A stretch of DNA of 64,000 nucleotides from a virus. Taxonomy: Duplodnaviria; Heunggongvirae; Uroviricota; Caudoviricetes. Positions 16,988 through 25,327 of this stretch are shown piece by piece. The stretch lies in the IMG/VR virus record IMGVR_UViG_3300023174_009216; one strand, 5' to 3'. Made by a program: the position numbers and the translations under genes. Positions within the stretch are counted from its first letter, which is position 1; the number at the start of each line of letters is the position of its first letter. A model generated the notes under the pieces. The model ran no database searches. It saw only the letters and a list, made by a program, of their open reading frames with translations, and was not told the DNA's origin.

Positions 16988-17059
16988 TGGTGATGGGGAA
17001 TTCCGAGATCCCAACGCCCAGTTCTTCAAACTGGCGCTCTACCTTTGAGCTACATCACC
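16988..17059 (-). tRNA. tRNA-Phe(GAA) with non-canonical T loop
   Basis: Acceptor GGTGATG/CATCACC, D arm GCTC-AAAGGTA-GAGC, anticodon stem CCAGT/ACTGG with loop TTGAAGA. T arm GGGAT-CTCGGAA-TTCCC (C54, one mismatch). Confidence 0.65.
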
Positions 17060-17061
17060 AT

Positions 17062-17097
17062 AAAAAAACCCTGAATCTTTATGATCCAGGGTTTTTT
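17062..17097. terminator. bidirectional terminator-like hairpin (A-run, ACCCTG...CAGGGT, T-run)
   Basis: 6-bp GC-containing stem at 17068..17073 / 17087..17092 with 13-nt loop. Flanked by AAAAAAA and TTTTTT. Confidence 0.55.
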
Positions 17098-17475
17098 AAT
17101 ATTTTTAGTTATTTCTTTTTTAACTTATATCTATATCATATATTAACCCTGGATTTTCTTTCGGCTTACTTTGATCAATCGTCATTGTATTCACTGAGCA
17201 ATAGCCTGTCGATAAGAGAATTTCATTCCCTCTAAACCAACGATTTGTATGTATTGCCAAGTTTTTCATTATCGAAAATTTCTGAGTTTGTTTTTTATAT
17301 ATCTTTTCTTCTTAGAAGTTCCAAAGATAAATCAAATTTTTTTAGAAAAAAAATATTTTTTGTTTCTTTTTTAAATTATCCGAAATTGAGGACTGTGAGA
17401 ATTACACCGTCTCGAAGGAATAAAATAAAAAACCCAATCTTTAAAGATTGGGCTATGCTAGGTTCTATATGTTTT

Positions 17476-17919
17476 TTACCAATTAGGTTCCATCCCGTAT
17501 CCTTTTATAGGTAGATATTTAGATGCTATTTTATATTTTGTTTGTGGATTCATTATCAACGCAATCTCTGATAATAACCTAGCTTCTCTTTTTCCTAATT
17601 CTCGACCTTTCGTATTCCATTCGTCATTCTTCAAATCGTAGTAAATATATAAGGTTAAATCCATAGATGGTTTAATATATGTAACAATGACCCTATCTAT
17701 ACTGGATTTATCATAATTCAGTTGTATCTCTATATCTGAGAGTGTTCCATCTAGGAATGGCTTATCCATATAATTATAGAAGTGTGTTTTTAATAATTCT
17801 CCTGCTCTACCTGGCTGACCTTGCGACACAGCAACATCAGCGGCACTTTTAATTGTCTCAGATGATATCTCGTTTAATTCTCCAGGAACGAAACTTTCGA
17901 ATACTTTAATGTGCTTCAT
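17476..17919 (-). CDS. putative capsid-targeted (CTS-like N-terminus) protein
   Basis: MKHIKVFESFVPGE N-terminus. A TATAAATA octamer lies 11 nt upstream of the ATG on the coding strand (T4 late-promoter-like; may be chance). Confidence 0.55.
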   Translation of the reverse strand: MKHIKVFESFVPGELNEISSETIKSAADVAVSQGQPGRAGELLKTHFYNYMDKPFLDGTLSDIEIQLNYDKSSIDRVIVTYIKPSMDLTLYIYYDLKNDEWNTKGRELGKREARLLSEIALIMNPQTKYKIASKYLPIKGYGMEPNW

Positions 17920-17966
17920 GACTATTTTTTTATTTATATATCCAAGTTATCTTATTAAATTATTTT

Positions 17967-18890
17967 TTAGGTAAATTTAAAGGTATCTTTACCTATTTTT
18001 ATTCCTTTCGTAATTTGATCGTATAAAGCTTTATTTATACCTTTACTGATATCTCCAAAATATATAGCGTTATTACCTGTTCCTTCAGTTGCCCGCCCTG
18101 CTGTTAAAATAGCTCTTTGAGTCATGTTTCCGTAGTTTCCTGTAGCAGCAGGTATATTCAAATATTTTAATTCGATTAGTTTATTCTGAAGATCTGTTAT
18201 GTATTTGCCATCAGATCCTTTATCTGTTGTTCCTATTGGTATATAGGCTCTTTTCGGATCTTTAGTTTCATCGTTAACAAATGGACTACCCTTATATGGC
18301 TTCATCTTATACTTATTCTTAATAAAACTGTCAATGATTTTTCCATTAGAACAACTCCATGTTGAATCTATCCACTTTGCATTCTTAGAATCAGGACCCA
18401 TAGAATTACTTCCTGCCATTAAAGATTTTGATTTACCGTTAGGATAGTAACGAACAGTACCTTGTGAAGTTCTGGTTGTAAACATATCAATAATACCATC
18501 ATTATCGGTATCTTGTGGAATATATTTTTGAAAATCCTGTTTTGTTATACATTCAAATTTACCTAAAAATCCTGGATCATACTTGTATTTATCTTTAGTG
18601 ATATAGTTAGGTGTTGGTGCTTGATCTACCTTTCTATATTCACCACCAATATCTTTATAATATCTTAGAAAATTAATATCCATGAATGGCGACTTAAACC
18701 CGCTTCTGTCCATTTTATCCTCTACTTTTGGAAATCCTGCAGACCATAATTTTTCATCATCATTTCTATTTTCAGTACCATCGTAAAGGGATTTCTTCAC
18801 CATGGTCGGTAATTTATTAAAATCTATAACAGGTGCTGTTGATGCCTCTGATACTGAGCTAAAATTTTCGAAAACTTGTAAATACTTCAT
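17967..18890 (-). CDS. putative capsid-targeted protein with C-terminal peptidoglycan-binding-like domain
   Basis: MKYLQVFENFSSVSE N-terminus. C-terminal DGKYITDLQNKLIELKYLNIPAATGNYGNMTQRAILTAG matches the PG_binding_1 pattern (LQ..L..LGY...G.FG..T..A). Confidence 0.55.
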   Translation of the reverse strand: MKYLQVFENFSSVSEASTAPVIDFNKLPTMVKKSLYDGTENRNDDEKLWSAGFPKVEDKMDRSGFKSPFMDINFLRYYKDIGGEYRKVDQAPTPNYITKDKYKYDPGFLGKFECITKQDFQKYIPQDTDNDGIIDMFTTRTSQGTVRYYPNGKSKSLMAGSNSMGPDSKNAKWIDSTWSCSNGKIIDSFIKNKYKMKPYKGSPFVNDETKDPKRAYIPIGTTDKGSDGKYITDLQNKLIELKYLNIPAATGNYGNMTQRAILTAGRATEGTGNNAIYFGDISKGINKALYDQITKGIKIGKDTFKFT

Positions 18891-18906
18891 ATTGTTTAAA
18901 TATTTA

Positions 18907-19332
18907 TTATGCTATATCTTCTCTTTTATCCCCTTGAATAAGGCCTTTATCTTTTGTGTATGTGGTATTAGTAGCTAGTCTATCAATAAGTTGATCGTAT
19001 AATTTTTTATCTACTTTTTGACCCTTCTTATATATGTCGCTATTATTCATTTCTAATCCTGCATCAGTCATGGGACCAAAATAACCAGTAACTAAATTTT
19101 TACCTTTGCTACTCACAAGGCGCATTAATTCCTGTAATGCCTTAACCTTTTCGTTGTTTCTCATTCCCTTTTGGATAAACTCTGTAGATCCCCATGTAAT
19201 ACTTTTTGCGTTTTTATACAAAGAGCTTACTGAGCTTGAGAGATTTGATGTATTTATTGGATTTGATGGGGTTACTGGGCGTCCATCTTCATTCAGATCG
19301 CTCCATTTTTCGAAAACTTGTATATGCTTCAT
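18907..19332 (-). CDS. putative capsid-targeted protein with peptidoglycan-binding-like segment
   Basis: MKHIQVFEKWSDLNE N-terminus. VKALQELMRLVSSKGKNLVTGYFGPMTDAGLE resembles PG_binding_1. Confidence 0.5.
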   Translation of the reverse strand: MKHIQVFEKWSDLNEDGRPVTPSNPINTSNLSSSVSSLYKNAKSITWGSTEFIQKGMRNNEKVKALQELMRLVSSKGKNLVTGYFGPMTDAGLEMNNSDIYKKGQKVDKKLYDQLIDRLATNTTYTKDKGLIQGDKREDIA

Positions 19333-19395
19333 ATTGTTTTTATATATTCTTATATATCACCAGAATAAAAGAAAAATATAAAAAAATATTTTAAA

Positions 19396-19821
19396 TTAGC
19401 CTATTTCATCTCTATTGACTTGTCCATAGTTAAATGCTCTTTGTCTGTACATTGCTTCGTCCAATATATCCAAAGCAGCAGGTAATGCCGCTCGGTCATC
19501 TAAGAAGTGGTTACAATAAGGCTTGCTTCCTTTTTGTCCATAAGGCAATTCAATAGGAGTTTGGTTGATTGAATCTACCTTGATTCCAATCTTATCACAG
19601 TACTCCATTATATACTGGTGTCTGTCCTCGTTGCACGCGGTGTGTATCACGGTGTAGCAACCAACCCCTTGACAATCTTTAAGAAGCTTGATTGTTCTAT
19701 CAATATCTTCTTGGTTATCCAATGTGTGATAGGGCGAGATTGTTGAATCAAAGTCAACCCCTATAATAATTTTACCGTGGGATTGCCACTCATTAACTAG
19801 TCTGTCTACGTATTTTTTCAT
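19396..19821 (-). CDS. HAD-superfamily phosphatase (possible nucleotidase)
   Basis: Motif I IGVDFDSTI (DxDxT). Start chosen at the internal ATG giving MKKYVDR, because the track ORF extends upstream into the neighbouring gene. Confidence 0.55.
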   Translation of the reverse strand: MKKYVDRLVNEWQSHGKIIIGVDFDSTISPYHTLDNQEDIDRTIKLLKDCQGVGCYTVIHTACNEDRHQYIMEYCDKIGIKVDSINQTPIELPYGQKGSKPYCNHFLDDRAALPAALDILDEAMYRQRAFNYGQVNRDEIG

Positions 19822-20266
19822 GAAAGTGTTTTTTAAATTCGTCAAGTGATTCAAATAATGGAATGTTATATTTATTGCAAACGATATCAACGTTACCTTT
19901 GCGCCAGAATCCATTAGGACATACCACATATAAATTTTTATTGGATGCATGTAAACCTAATTCCATCAGGCTAATCGGAGACATCGTTTCTGGTACCAAG
20001 TATAATAAGATATGATCTGCTTTTTCAAGTGCATCCAGTTCCCAATTTACTTGTTGGTAGAATTGCGGGTTTTCAAACTCTTGAGTCCAGGAGTTATTCC
20101 AATCTTTTCTTCTTGGATTAAATGAACCTATACCCATTTCTAAAAAGTATTGTGTCATGTCTGACTGCCAATCTTCGGATTTTCCCATTTCGATCGAACC
20201 GGCCAGAAAAACATATTCTTTTGACTTGTCTCTCCGTGCAATGTTCTGTGGTGGTGTGTATATCAT
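19793..20266 (-). CDS. nucleoside 2-deoxyribosyltransferase-like (DNPH1/Rcl-like) protein
   Basis: YVFLAGSIEMG...W near the N-terminus resembles the N-deoxyribosyltransferase/Rcl family motif (YFCGSIRGG). 157 aa. Confidence 0.45.
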   Translation of the reverse strand: MIYTPPQNIARRDKSKEYVFLAGSIEMGKSEDWQSDMTQYFLEMGIGSFNPRRKDWNNSWTQEFENPQFYQQVNWELDALEKADHILLYLVPETMSPISLMELGLHASNKNLYVVCPNGFWRKGNVDIVCNKYNIPLFESLDEFKKHFHEKIRRQTS

Positions 20267-20279
20267 TGTTTATTTTAAG

Positions 20280-20819
20280 TTATCTTAAAGAATTATAAAT
20301 CGATAAAACTTTTGGAATGTATAATTTAGTATGGGCTTTAGCGTACATTTTTTCTGCAAATAGACCGTCAGCATTATATCTATCAATTATCCATCTCTCC
20401 TCCCCTATGATATCGCTTTTTACTAAAAAGTTATGACTATCTATTTGATATAACTGGACATTTTCACCTGATAGTCTAAGACTCCCATCTTTTTCATTTT
20501 GCATAAAATGAATTATATCATGGTTAAGGTCTTTAATATTTTCCCAAAGATCTGGATGAATCTCTGTATCATCATCATTAAAATATACCCATCCATCAGT
20601 TATCATGCCTATTGCATAATTTCGTTGGCCGTGTCCCACTGTACTATTTTCTACCCGGATTGCATATGCCTCGCAGTTAGTTGGAATATTTTCAGGAACT
20701 GAATCAGCATCAAATACTACGATCCATCTATATCTTTCCCTTGGGATGCTCATTATACTTTCAGAAACTTTATTCAAATTTTGGGGTCGACTGCAAGGTG
20801 TTATTATATTTAAAAACAT
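20280..20819 (-). CDS. hypothetical protein (possible glycosyltransferase-like, DxD motifs)
   Basis: 179 aa with VVFDADS and FNDDDTE acidic motifs. Confidence 0.35.
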   Translation of the reverse strand: MFLNIITPCSRPQNLNKVSESIMSIPRERYRWIVVFDADSVPENIPTNCEAYAIRVENSTVGHGQRNYAIGMITDGWVYFNDDDTEIHPDLWENIKDLNHDIIHFMQNEKDGSLRLSGENVQLYQIDSHNFLVKSDIIGEERWIIDRYNADGLFAEKMYAKAHTKLYIPKVLSIYNSLR

Positions 20820-20821
20820 AT

Positions 20822-21031
20822 TTATATTTTATTTTCTATAAATTCTTTGTAAAGCAATTCCCAATCGTCAGATAAATAATTCTTTTCACCTAGCCATTTA
20901 AAGACATCCTTGATTGTAAAACCATTAACTGATTTGGTCATTGTTTCTTTGTATTCTTGCGAACTGCCTGAAAACTCATGACCACATTGACAAGGTGTTG
21001 ACCAGCATTCTGTGCAATCTGATAGTGCCAT
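20822..21031 (-). CDS. small Cys-rich protein
   Basis: 69 aa with CTECWSTPCQCGH. Confidence 0.35.
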   Translation of the reverse strand: MALSDCTECWSTPCQCGHEFSGSSQEYKETMTKSVNGFTIKDVFKWLGEKNYLSDDWELLYKEFIENKI

Positions 21032-21041
21032 AAATATTATT

Positions 21042-21290
21042 TTAACTTTTAAATATTAAAAAATTTCCATCCCTTTGATCTGAGCGCCAAGCGACATCTC
21101 TCCAACCAGCCTTTGTGTATCTTTGATTAAGAACGCTAAAATGACTCGTGCTCATTCCATCAGGAACCTCTATAGTAACAATTCCACCATTTGCCAATTT
21201 ATGGCAGGATAGTTTTGAATCTATCTTTTTTTCATAATCTGCAACTTCCGCTAAGAAGTTTTCGTTTAATAACTTTGGTCCGATTGCCAT
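21042..21290 (-). CDS. hypothetical protein
   Basis: 82 aa ORF. Confidence 0.4.
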   Translation of the reverse strand: MAIGPKLLNENFLAEVADYEKKIDSKLSCHKLANGGIVTIEVPDGMSTSHFSVLNQRYTKAGWRDVAWRSDQRDGNFLIFKS

Positions 21291-21291
21291 A

Positions 21292-21771
21292 TTAAAGTGT
21301 TTTTAATTCTTGCTTAACTAACGTAAGTGCTTGTCCTAGAAGGTTTAATCCTAACCAAAAAGATGGATTATTAATACCTTCGGCATCTTCTGCTAATCCT
21401 ATTCCCCAGATGTGGTCCAAAGGTGATGCCTCTACAAACACCTTATCTCCTGTTTCTAGCATTTGTTCTTTAAGGTCTTGGTTCTGACTGAACTTAGCTA
21501 GATTACCTTCGTATACAATTGACAAGCAATTCTTATCCCAGGTGGTTTTGTCAAAGTTTTTAATCATTCTACCAAATCTTTTTTGTTCTCTGGGATTTGA
21601 TTCTTGCATGATTTGTTCAGCGATTTCTGTGTCGCCAAATAGCAAGGCTTTCTGATGCATCATGTATTGTTCGCATGAGTTGTATTCACGGCCATCGATG
21701 GTCATGTTAGCTTTATGCCATTGGGAATATATCCCATTCCAAAAAAATACGTAGTTGTCTGTTATTTTCAT
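21292..21771 (-). CDS. NADAR-domain protein (YbiA-like N-glycosidase)
   Basis: FFWNGIYSQWH...SCEQYMMHQKALLFGD...RFGRMIKNFD...EASPLDHIWGIGL follows the NADAR (DUF1768) pattern. Confidence 0.7.
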   Translation of the reverse strand: MKITDNYVFFWNGIYSQWHKANMTIDGREYNSCEQYMMHQKALLFGDTEIAEQIMQESNPREQKRFGRMIKNFDKTTWDKNCLSIVYEGNLAKFSQNQDLKEQMLETGDKVFVEASPLDHIWGIGLAEDAEGINNPSFWLGLNLLGQALTLVKQELKTL

Positions 21772-23273
21772 TTTAAACGATTTTTAATTTCAGTTAATGT
21801 TGTTGGATTTTCAAATTGACCATTTAAGTAGATAGCTTTTAAAATACCCTTTCCTTCTTGCTCCCATGATAACTTATCTTCAAGTCTAAGAGAATCATCA
21901 CCATTTAAGAATACACCTAATAATCCTGTTGCTGATTTCTTCATGCCATCATCTGTGATTGGATCTTTAAAGATTTCTCTAGCTTCACCATTCACTTCAA
22001 CATAAGTTGCTTTCATCGCAAAACCAAATGTGTCACGAGTATTGAATTGATAGGTGAATGAACCAACACCCAATACAATGTTGGTACTTGCAAATCCTTT
22101 AGCTTCTAATCTAGTACAGATTTCTTCTGCTCTATCAATTGTAATACTATCACCATAGATTGCTCCGATATGTGGGTCAAGAACCTTGTAACCTTGTTCG
22201 TTAACTGTACCACCGAATACATCCCAAAGTAATTCAATAACACCTTTATCATCAGGATTTAACCCTGATATTCTAGATTTATTAAAATCAAATTCCCCTT
22301 TATTTTCCCATACTATTTTACCACAAATAATATCAACTGGATTACCAGAGTCAGGGCGTATTACCAATTTGCCATCACGAGCTAGAATTTGTTCCTTAAA
22401 TCTTGGAAGATATACCGTACAAATGTCCCAAAGATTGAACGTATCTGAAACCATACTCAAAATTCCTGTTGGGTATGTTTTTAAAAGATGGGTAATATAT
22501 GAAGTTTCATCAATTTTTCCATCGACAATGTTCATATGTGCACAAGCTACACTATGTTCGGTGGCATTCACACTACCACCAACGAATCCTGTTTCACCAT
22601 AATACTTTCTAGCACCACCGATAGCTGGTAATGAATCTGTACCTGAGAATGATGTCAAGTGACCAAGCCCTGAACTTATTGTGGCATCAATTGAATCCAT
22701 ACCTCTCATTGAGAAGTCATGTCCTTGCCAGTCAACAAACCAAGCTCTTTCCTTATCAGTTTTTTCTTGCCATCTGGTAAGAACTTTACGATATTGGTGA
22801 GCAATAGTTGCAGATGTCATTGGCTTCCATAAAAGATTTGAAATGATTGTTTCAAGATAATTTGTTACCCAATAGAAATCAGGATGTGTGTTATAGATAG
22901 TCAGTACAGGAACTCTCATTGGTACTAAAGTTCCTTCTTCGATTATCTTTACATGGATGGGTAAATATCCTAAGTCATGTAGTTTTTCAAAGTGGGTGAC
23001 ATCGTAGTCTGTACCTAAGTACATTGATAATTCTCGTTTCATTTCGTCGCAAACTTCTTCCTTCTGTTTTGAGAAGAATTCATTCTGGAATGCTTCATGA
23101 ATTTGTTTCATTACCATTTGCTGACCAAATGAAACAAGCTGATCACAACCTTTAGGTGCATGTCTATTGCTACGTGGTGTGAAGTTTGAATAAACTAGTG
23201 TGGTACCTTCTGGGTACTGTTGATGGTGTCCTGTTTTGTAACCATCCGTAAGCAAAAGCGGATTTATTTTCAT
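21768..23273 (-). CDS. nicotinamide/nicotinate phosphoribosyltransferase (NAMPT/NadV-like)
   Basis: N-terminus NPLLLTDGYKTGHHQQYPEGT matches the NAMPT signature (TDSYK.TH...YP). 501 aa. Overlaps the downstream NADAR gene by 4 nt. Confidence 0.75.
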   Translation of the reverse strand: MKINPLLLTDGYKTGHHQQYPEGTTLVYSNFTPRSNRHAPKGCDQLVSFGQQMVMKQIHEAFQNEFFSKQKEEVCDEMKRELSMYLGTDYDVTHFEKLHDLGYLPIHVKIIEEGTLVPMRVPVLTIYNTHPDFYWVTNYLETIISNLLWKPMTSATIAHQYRKVLTRWQEKTDKERAWFVDWQGHDFSMRGMDSIDATISSGLGHLTSFSGTDSLPAIGGARKYYGETGFVGGSVNATEHSVACAHMNIVDGKIDETSYITHLLKTYPTGILSMVSDTFNLWDICTVYLPRFKEQILARDGKLVIRPDSGNPVDIICGKIVWENKGEFDFNKSRISGLNPDDKGVIELLWDVFGGTVNEQGYKVLDPHIGAIYGDSITIDRAEEICTRLEAKGFASTNIVLGVGSFTYQFNTRDTFGFAMKATYVEVNGEAREIFKDPITDDGMKKSATGLLGVFLNGDDSLRLEDKLSWEQEGKGILKAIYLNGQFENPTTLTEIKNRLK

Positions 23274-23277
23274 ATTA

Positions 23278-24051
23278 TTATATTTTAAAATTTTTGAATA
23301 CTTTTAAGTTAGATAATTCGTAGTTATCATACTTGCTATTGGTGCAATAGATTCTTTCGTATAAGTTTTCTAATTCTTTATTGGGATTCTGTACTGTGAT
23401 ATGACTTACTGCAAGATAAAGTTTGCCTGCGTTTTTTGTTTTAAGAAGTTTAGCCAGACCTACAAATGTTCCACCATATACACAAAGATCGTCTAGTACT
23501 AATATGTCAGCGCCTTCGAAATCTTCTTTGTCAATGGTTTGTGTTAACTTATGGGTTACCAGATCTCTAGATTTGCTAGCAGAATATACACCAGCTTCGT
23601 GATGTAATGTATCAGCAAGCTTGTTTATCCATTTGAATGAACCAGCATCTGTTGATAAAAAGATAGGTTTTGATCCAATGTCTTCAAGCACATCGACAAT
23701 AAAGACCGAATTATCTATAAGCCTGCTGTTATTTAAACCCATCAGTGTTGAATCACTATGCGGATGAAAGACGTAAACCCTTACGAAGTTACACGAGTTA
23801 ATAAAATCACAAACTAATTTTAATTCGAATGATTGGTTGGTTTCAAATCTACGATCATGTTGTTGCTGGAACATACACGGGATTCTAAGAACAACATTCT
23901 GAATTTGATTAAAATCGCATATATCTTTAAGCGACTTAATAAAGAATAAATCTTCGTATGTGTTTATTCTTTCAGTGATTACTGGATCTTTGAAATCTGT
24001 AATTTGGGCATAGACTGTGCCATCTGGGTATCTGTGTCTTGTGTATATCAT
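23278..24051 (-). CDS. type I phosphoribosyltransferase-domain protein, PRPP-synthetase-like
   Basis: ADILVLDDLCVYGGTFVGLAKLL is the PRPP-binding motif of type I PRTases. Its position in a 257-aa protein suggests ribose-phosphate pyrophosphokinase. N-terminal half not confirmed. Confidence 0.5.
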   Translation of the reverse strand: MIYTRHRYPDGTVYAQITDFKDPVITERINTYEDLFFIKSLKDICDFNQIQNVVLRIPCMFQQQHDRRFETNQSFELKLVCDFINSCNFVRVYVFHPHSDSTLMGLNNSRLIDNSVFIVDVLEDIGSKPIFLSTDAGSFKWINKLADTLHHEAGVYSASKSRDLVTHKLTQTIDKEDFEGADILVLDDLCVYGGTFVGLAKLLKTKNAGKLYLAVSHITVQNPNKELENLYERIYCTNSKYDNYELSNLKVFKNFKI

Positions 24052-24236
24052 AATGTTATTTTTTCTATTTTACCGCATTTGTTGCAAATAAGTGTTTGTC
24101 TGGTTTCAATAGGCTTGGAATCCTTAGCCCTCCAGTGGACATTCTCATATATGTCTGTTGAGCTGTGTATTCTCCAATCATGATGACATGATATTTTATT
24201 TAGTATTTCTATTAATGATTTCCACATAAATTTATT

Positions 24237-24800
24237 TTATTTCCAATTGATTATAGGACAGGTTTTAGTGTAGATTGCTTTGATCATAGCTGAAGGAATC
24301 TTAATTACATTTAGATTTCTAATTTTATCACCATACTTTAATATTCCAGATATTGTCCAAACAATAGTAGTACCAATACCTATCAAAGTGAATAGGAATC
24401 TTATTAAACTATACCATCCGTCTTTTTTAACCACAAAATATAGGGATAAAGATAAAAGTCCTAAAAGAAATAATAGGAATATACCGATTACAATCTTGCC
24501 TGTTATCTCACTCATTTTTTCTCTTCTCTTGAGATCTTCCATCTCCTTTTTAATTTCTTCCTCTGTCATCTCAGATTCTGGCTTTTTAACTGGCTCTTCT
24601 TTTCGGGAAAAAAGATCCGTCAAAAATCTCATAATAATTGAGATCAATCTAAAAGATAAAAATATTGGTGAGAAAACAACGATTGCAACCATGCTCCAAA
24701 AATAAGGACATAATGATTTTGGGGTTCTGCCTTTAAACACCATTGAATAGATTTTAAAATGCCAACTGTCTTTGTTAAGTGTAATATTCATTTTTTCCAA
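24237..24800 (-). CDS. membrane protein
   Basis: Multiple hydrophobic segments flanking a charged KKPESEMTEEEIKKEMEDLKRREK segment. Confidence 0.5.
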   Translation of the reverse strand: MEKMNITLNKDSWHFKIYSMVFKGRTPKSLCPYFWSMVAIVVFSPIFLSFRLISIIMRFLTDLFSRKEEPVKKPESEMTEEEIKKEMEDLKRREKMSEITGKIVIGIFLLFLLGLLSLSLYFVVKKDGWYSLIRFLFTLIGIGTTIVWTISGILKYGDKIRNLNVIKIPSAMIKAIYTKTCPIINWK

Positions 24801-25090
24801 TTTTTGGGATTAAATATGATGTTAATAATCTTATCAATATTTGACTTTTTATTTCGTGGAATTTCTTGCTTTTTTTCTGTGTTGTTCCATACAACAATGT
24901 TCTTGTCGTATTGATATGAAAGTGATTGTAGATACACACCATGTAAATGCTGTGGTATTTTACTAAAGTCTGCAATCACCTTGACGGGTAGGCTTGTACC
25001 AGTTCCCGCAATTTCAATGGTGTTAAGAATTACAGCATCAGTGCTCCCTTTCATTGTTAGGGAATTATTTGTGTCAAGTGATAGATTCAT
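24788..25090 (-). CDS. hypothetical protein
   Basis: 100 aa ORF. Confidence 0.35.
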   Translation of the reverse strand: MNLSLDTNNSLTMKGSTDAVILNTIEIAGTGTSLPVKVIADFSKIPQHLHGVYLQSLSYQYDKNIVVWNNTEKKQEIPRNKKSNIDKIINIIFNPKNWKK

Positions 25091-25327
25091 CTGCCTTATA
25101 TTTTAATTCTTGGCAAATATAGGTTTCATTATCGGAAAGAAAAAATGTTTAAGAGTATATTGTATAGAGCCTGCTAAATTTCCTAAATCATTCCTTTCCA
25201 TGCTAGGCTAAAAAGAAGCAGGTCTTACTTGATTGAGCATTCCATCTCTTCTCAAAGCCTATTACCAGTGGGTTAGTGGTTACTTCCTATTATTATTTAT
25301 GATAAACTTTCCCTGTGATTACTAACC

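Noticed and set aside
16816-17514. Plus-strand ORFs 16816..17235 and 17245..17514
   Set aside because: They run antisense across the leader hairpins, tRNA-Phe and the bidirectional terminator. The composition is poly-Phe/Ser/Ile as expected from AT-rich non-coding DNA.
17920-17945. T4 late-promoter octamer TATAAATA 11 nt upstream of the 17476..17919 start
   Set aside because: Kept only as a note on that feature. In 70% AT DNA this octamer is expected about 25 to 30 times by chance in 64 kb on both strands. I did not find it consistently upstream of the other structural or CTS genes.
19396-20266. Possible frameshifted single gene (ORFs 19396..19950 and 19793..20266 overlap by 158 nt)
   Set aside because: The two products have unrelated motifs (HAD DxDxT versus deoxyribosyltransferase-like). 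An internal ATG at 19821 gives a normal HAD N-terminus with only a 29-nt overlap, so two separate genes is the simpler explanation.
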